57,842 nt of DNA, from NCBI GenBank assembly GCA_965365535.1, contig CBDUCD010000001.1, forward strand, positions 1 to 57,842. Reading direction: 5' to 3'. Shown here one piece after another: positions 57,531 to 57,842 of this stretch; position 1 is the stretch's first letter; every line of letters begins with the position of its first letter. The position numbers were made by a program, and so were the translations under genes. Source of the stretch: an uncultured Rhodothermales bacterium. GTDB taxonomy: Bacteria > Bacteroidota > Rhodothermia > Rhodothermales > BA12. Below the pieces are notes generated by a model. The model searched no databases and was not told the DNA's origin. It saw nothing but the letters and a program-made list of their open reading frames with translations.

Positions 57531-57573
57531 GGCCGGGAGGGCAGGCGCCGGCTTGCCCTCCCGGCCCTTTTTT
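57531..57573 (+). terminator. Rho-independent terminator
   Basis: GGCCGGGAGGGCAGGC-gccg-GCTTGCCCTCCCGGCC followed by CTTTTTT. Confidence 0.85.
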
Positions 57574-57583
57574 CGATATCCCC

Positions 57584-57842
57584 GTGCGCCCAACGCTTTT
57601 ACCCCTTGCCCTCGTCATCGGCCTGCTGGCCGCCACCGTCGCCGCGTGCGACAGCGGCATTTCGGGCACGCCCAATGGCAACCAGCCGCCCGTGACCACG
57701 CTGTCGGTGCGCGACACGTCGCTCGTGGGCCAGATTGACGAGGCCGACCGGCTCTCGTCGGCGGTTAACGTGGCGTGGACGGGGACGGACGCCGACGGCT
57801 TCGTGGTCGCCTTCGAGCTGCGCTACTACGCCCAGGGCGACG
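57584..57842 (+). CDS. lipoprotein of unknown function (N-terminal fragment, continues past window)
   Basis: Not in the ORF track because it is open at the edge. GTG 57584 reads (M)RPTLLPLALVIGLLAATVAACDSG... (lipobox VAAC), then ...VNVAWTGTDADGFVVAFELRYYAQGD. Confidence 0.55.
   Translation, partial: MRPTLLPLALVIGLLAATVAACDSGISGTPNGNQPPVTTLSVRDTSLVGQIDEADRLSSAVNVAWTGTDADGFVVAFELRYYAQGD

Overview
Very GC-rich bacterial chromosome segment, judged by eye and not computed. It is gene-dense, with about 48 protein genes and one tRNA-Asp. I saw no rRNA, CRISPR array, IS element, integrase, phage gene or recognisable defence gene.

Lineage signals point to Rhodothermales or a close relative (Rhodothermota/Bacteroidota):
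- Seven proteins end in a type IX secretion (T9SS) C-terminal sorting-type beta-sandwich.
- A PorV/PorQ-family outer-membrane barrel is present.
- The complex-I distal module is arranged nuoJ-K-L-M / nhaD-like permease / pterin-4a-carbinolamine dehydratase / nuoN. I remember this layout from Rhodothermus marinus.

Layout:
- 1-9.2 kb, minus strand: SOD (cut by the edge), one hypothetical, and the nuo module.
- 9.5-14.5 kb, minus: DUF58, GGGP-synthase-family protein, alaS.
- 15.0-26.7 kb, minus: mpg, then an outer-membrane/surface locus. It holds a GHL10 hydrolase-like T9SS protein, a beta-propeller T9SS protein, an IPT + propeller lipoprotein, a PorV/PorQ-like barrel, a 725-aa secreted FN3 protein and a non-SusC TonB-dependent receptor.
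- 26.9-30.1 kb, minus: rhomboid, purQ, and a methyltransferase/FAD-oxidoreductase pair.
- 30.2-41.1 kb, plus, tightly packed: cdd, CaCA antiporter, S8 protease (T9SS), BatA-like vWA membrane protein, acidic hypothetical, M20 amidohydrolase, 1161-aa lamin-tail-domain protein.
- 41.1-52.9 kb, housekeeping mix: LMW-PTP, xseA, YjbQ-like, SDR, xseB, L,D-transpeptidase, tRNA-Asp, DUF6090-like, DUF6544-like, e(P4) phosphatase, sixA, mdh, tandem FKBP lipoprotein, methyltransferase.
- 53.1-57.8 kb, plus: a second surface locus with a 709-aa paralogue of the 725-aa protein, a 747-aa T9SS protein and a lipoprotein cut by the edge.

Most long ORFs in the supplied track are alternate-frame or antisense artefacts of the high GC content. 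Many real genes start well inside the longest ORF, so I moved those starts and say so in the evidence.

Best candidate for something undescribed: the SusD-less TonB-receptor locus with its own PorV/PorQ-family barrel and beta-propeller cargo, together with the two-member 'FVIIR-tail' paralogue family. This is inference from domain recognition by eye. No searches were run, and I see no compelling stand-alone novel system.
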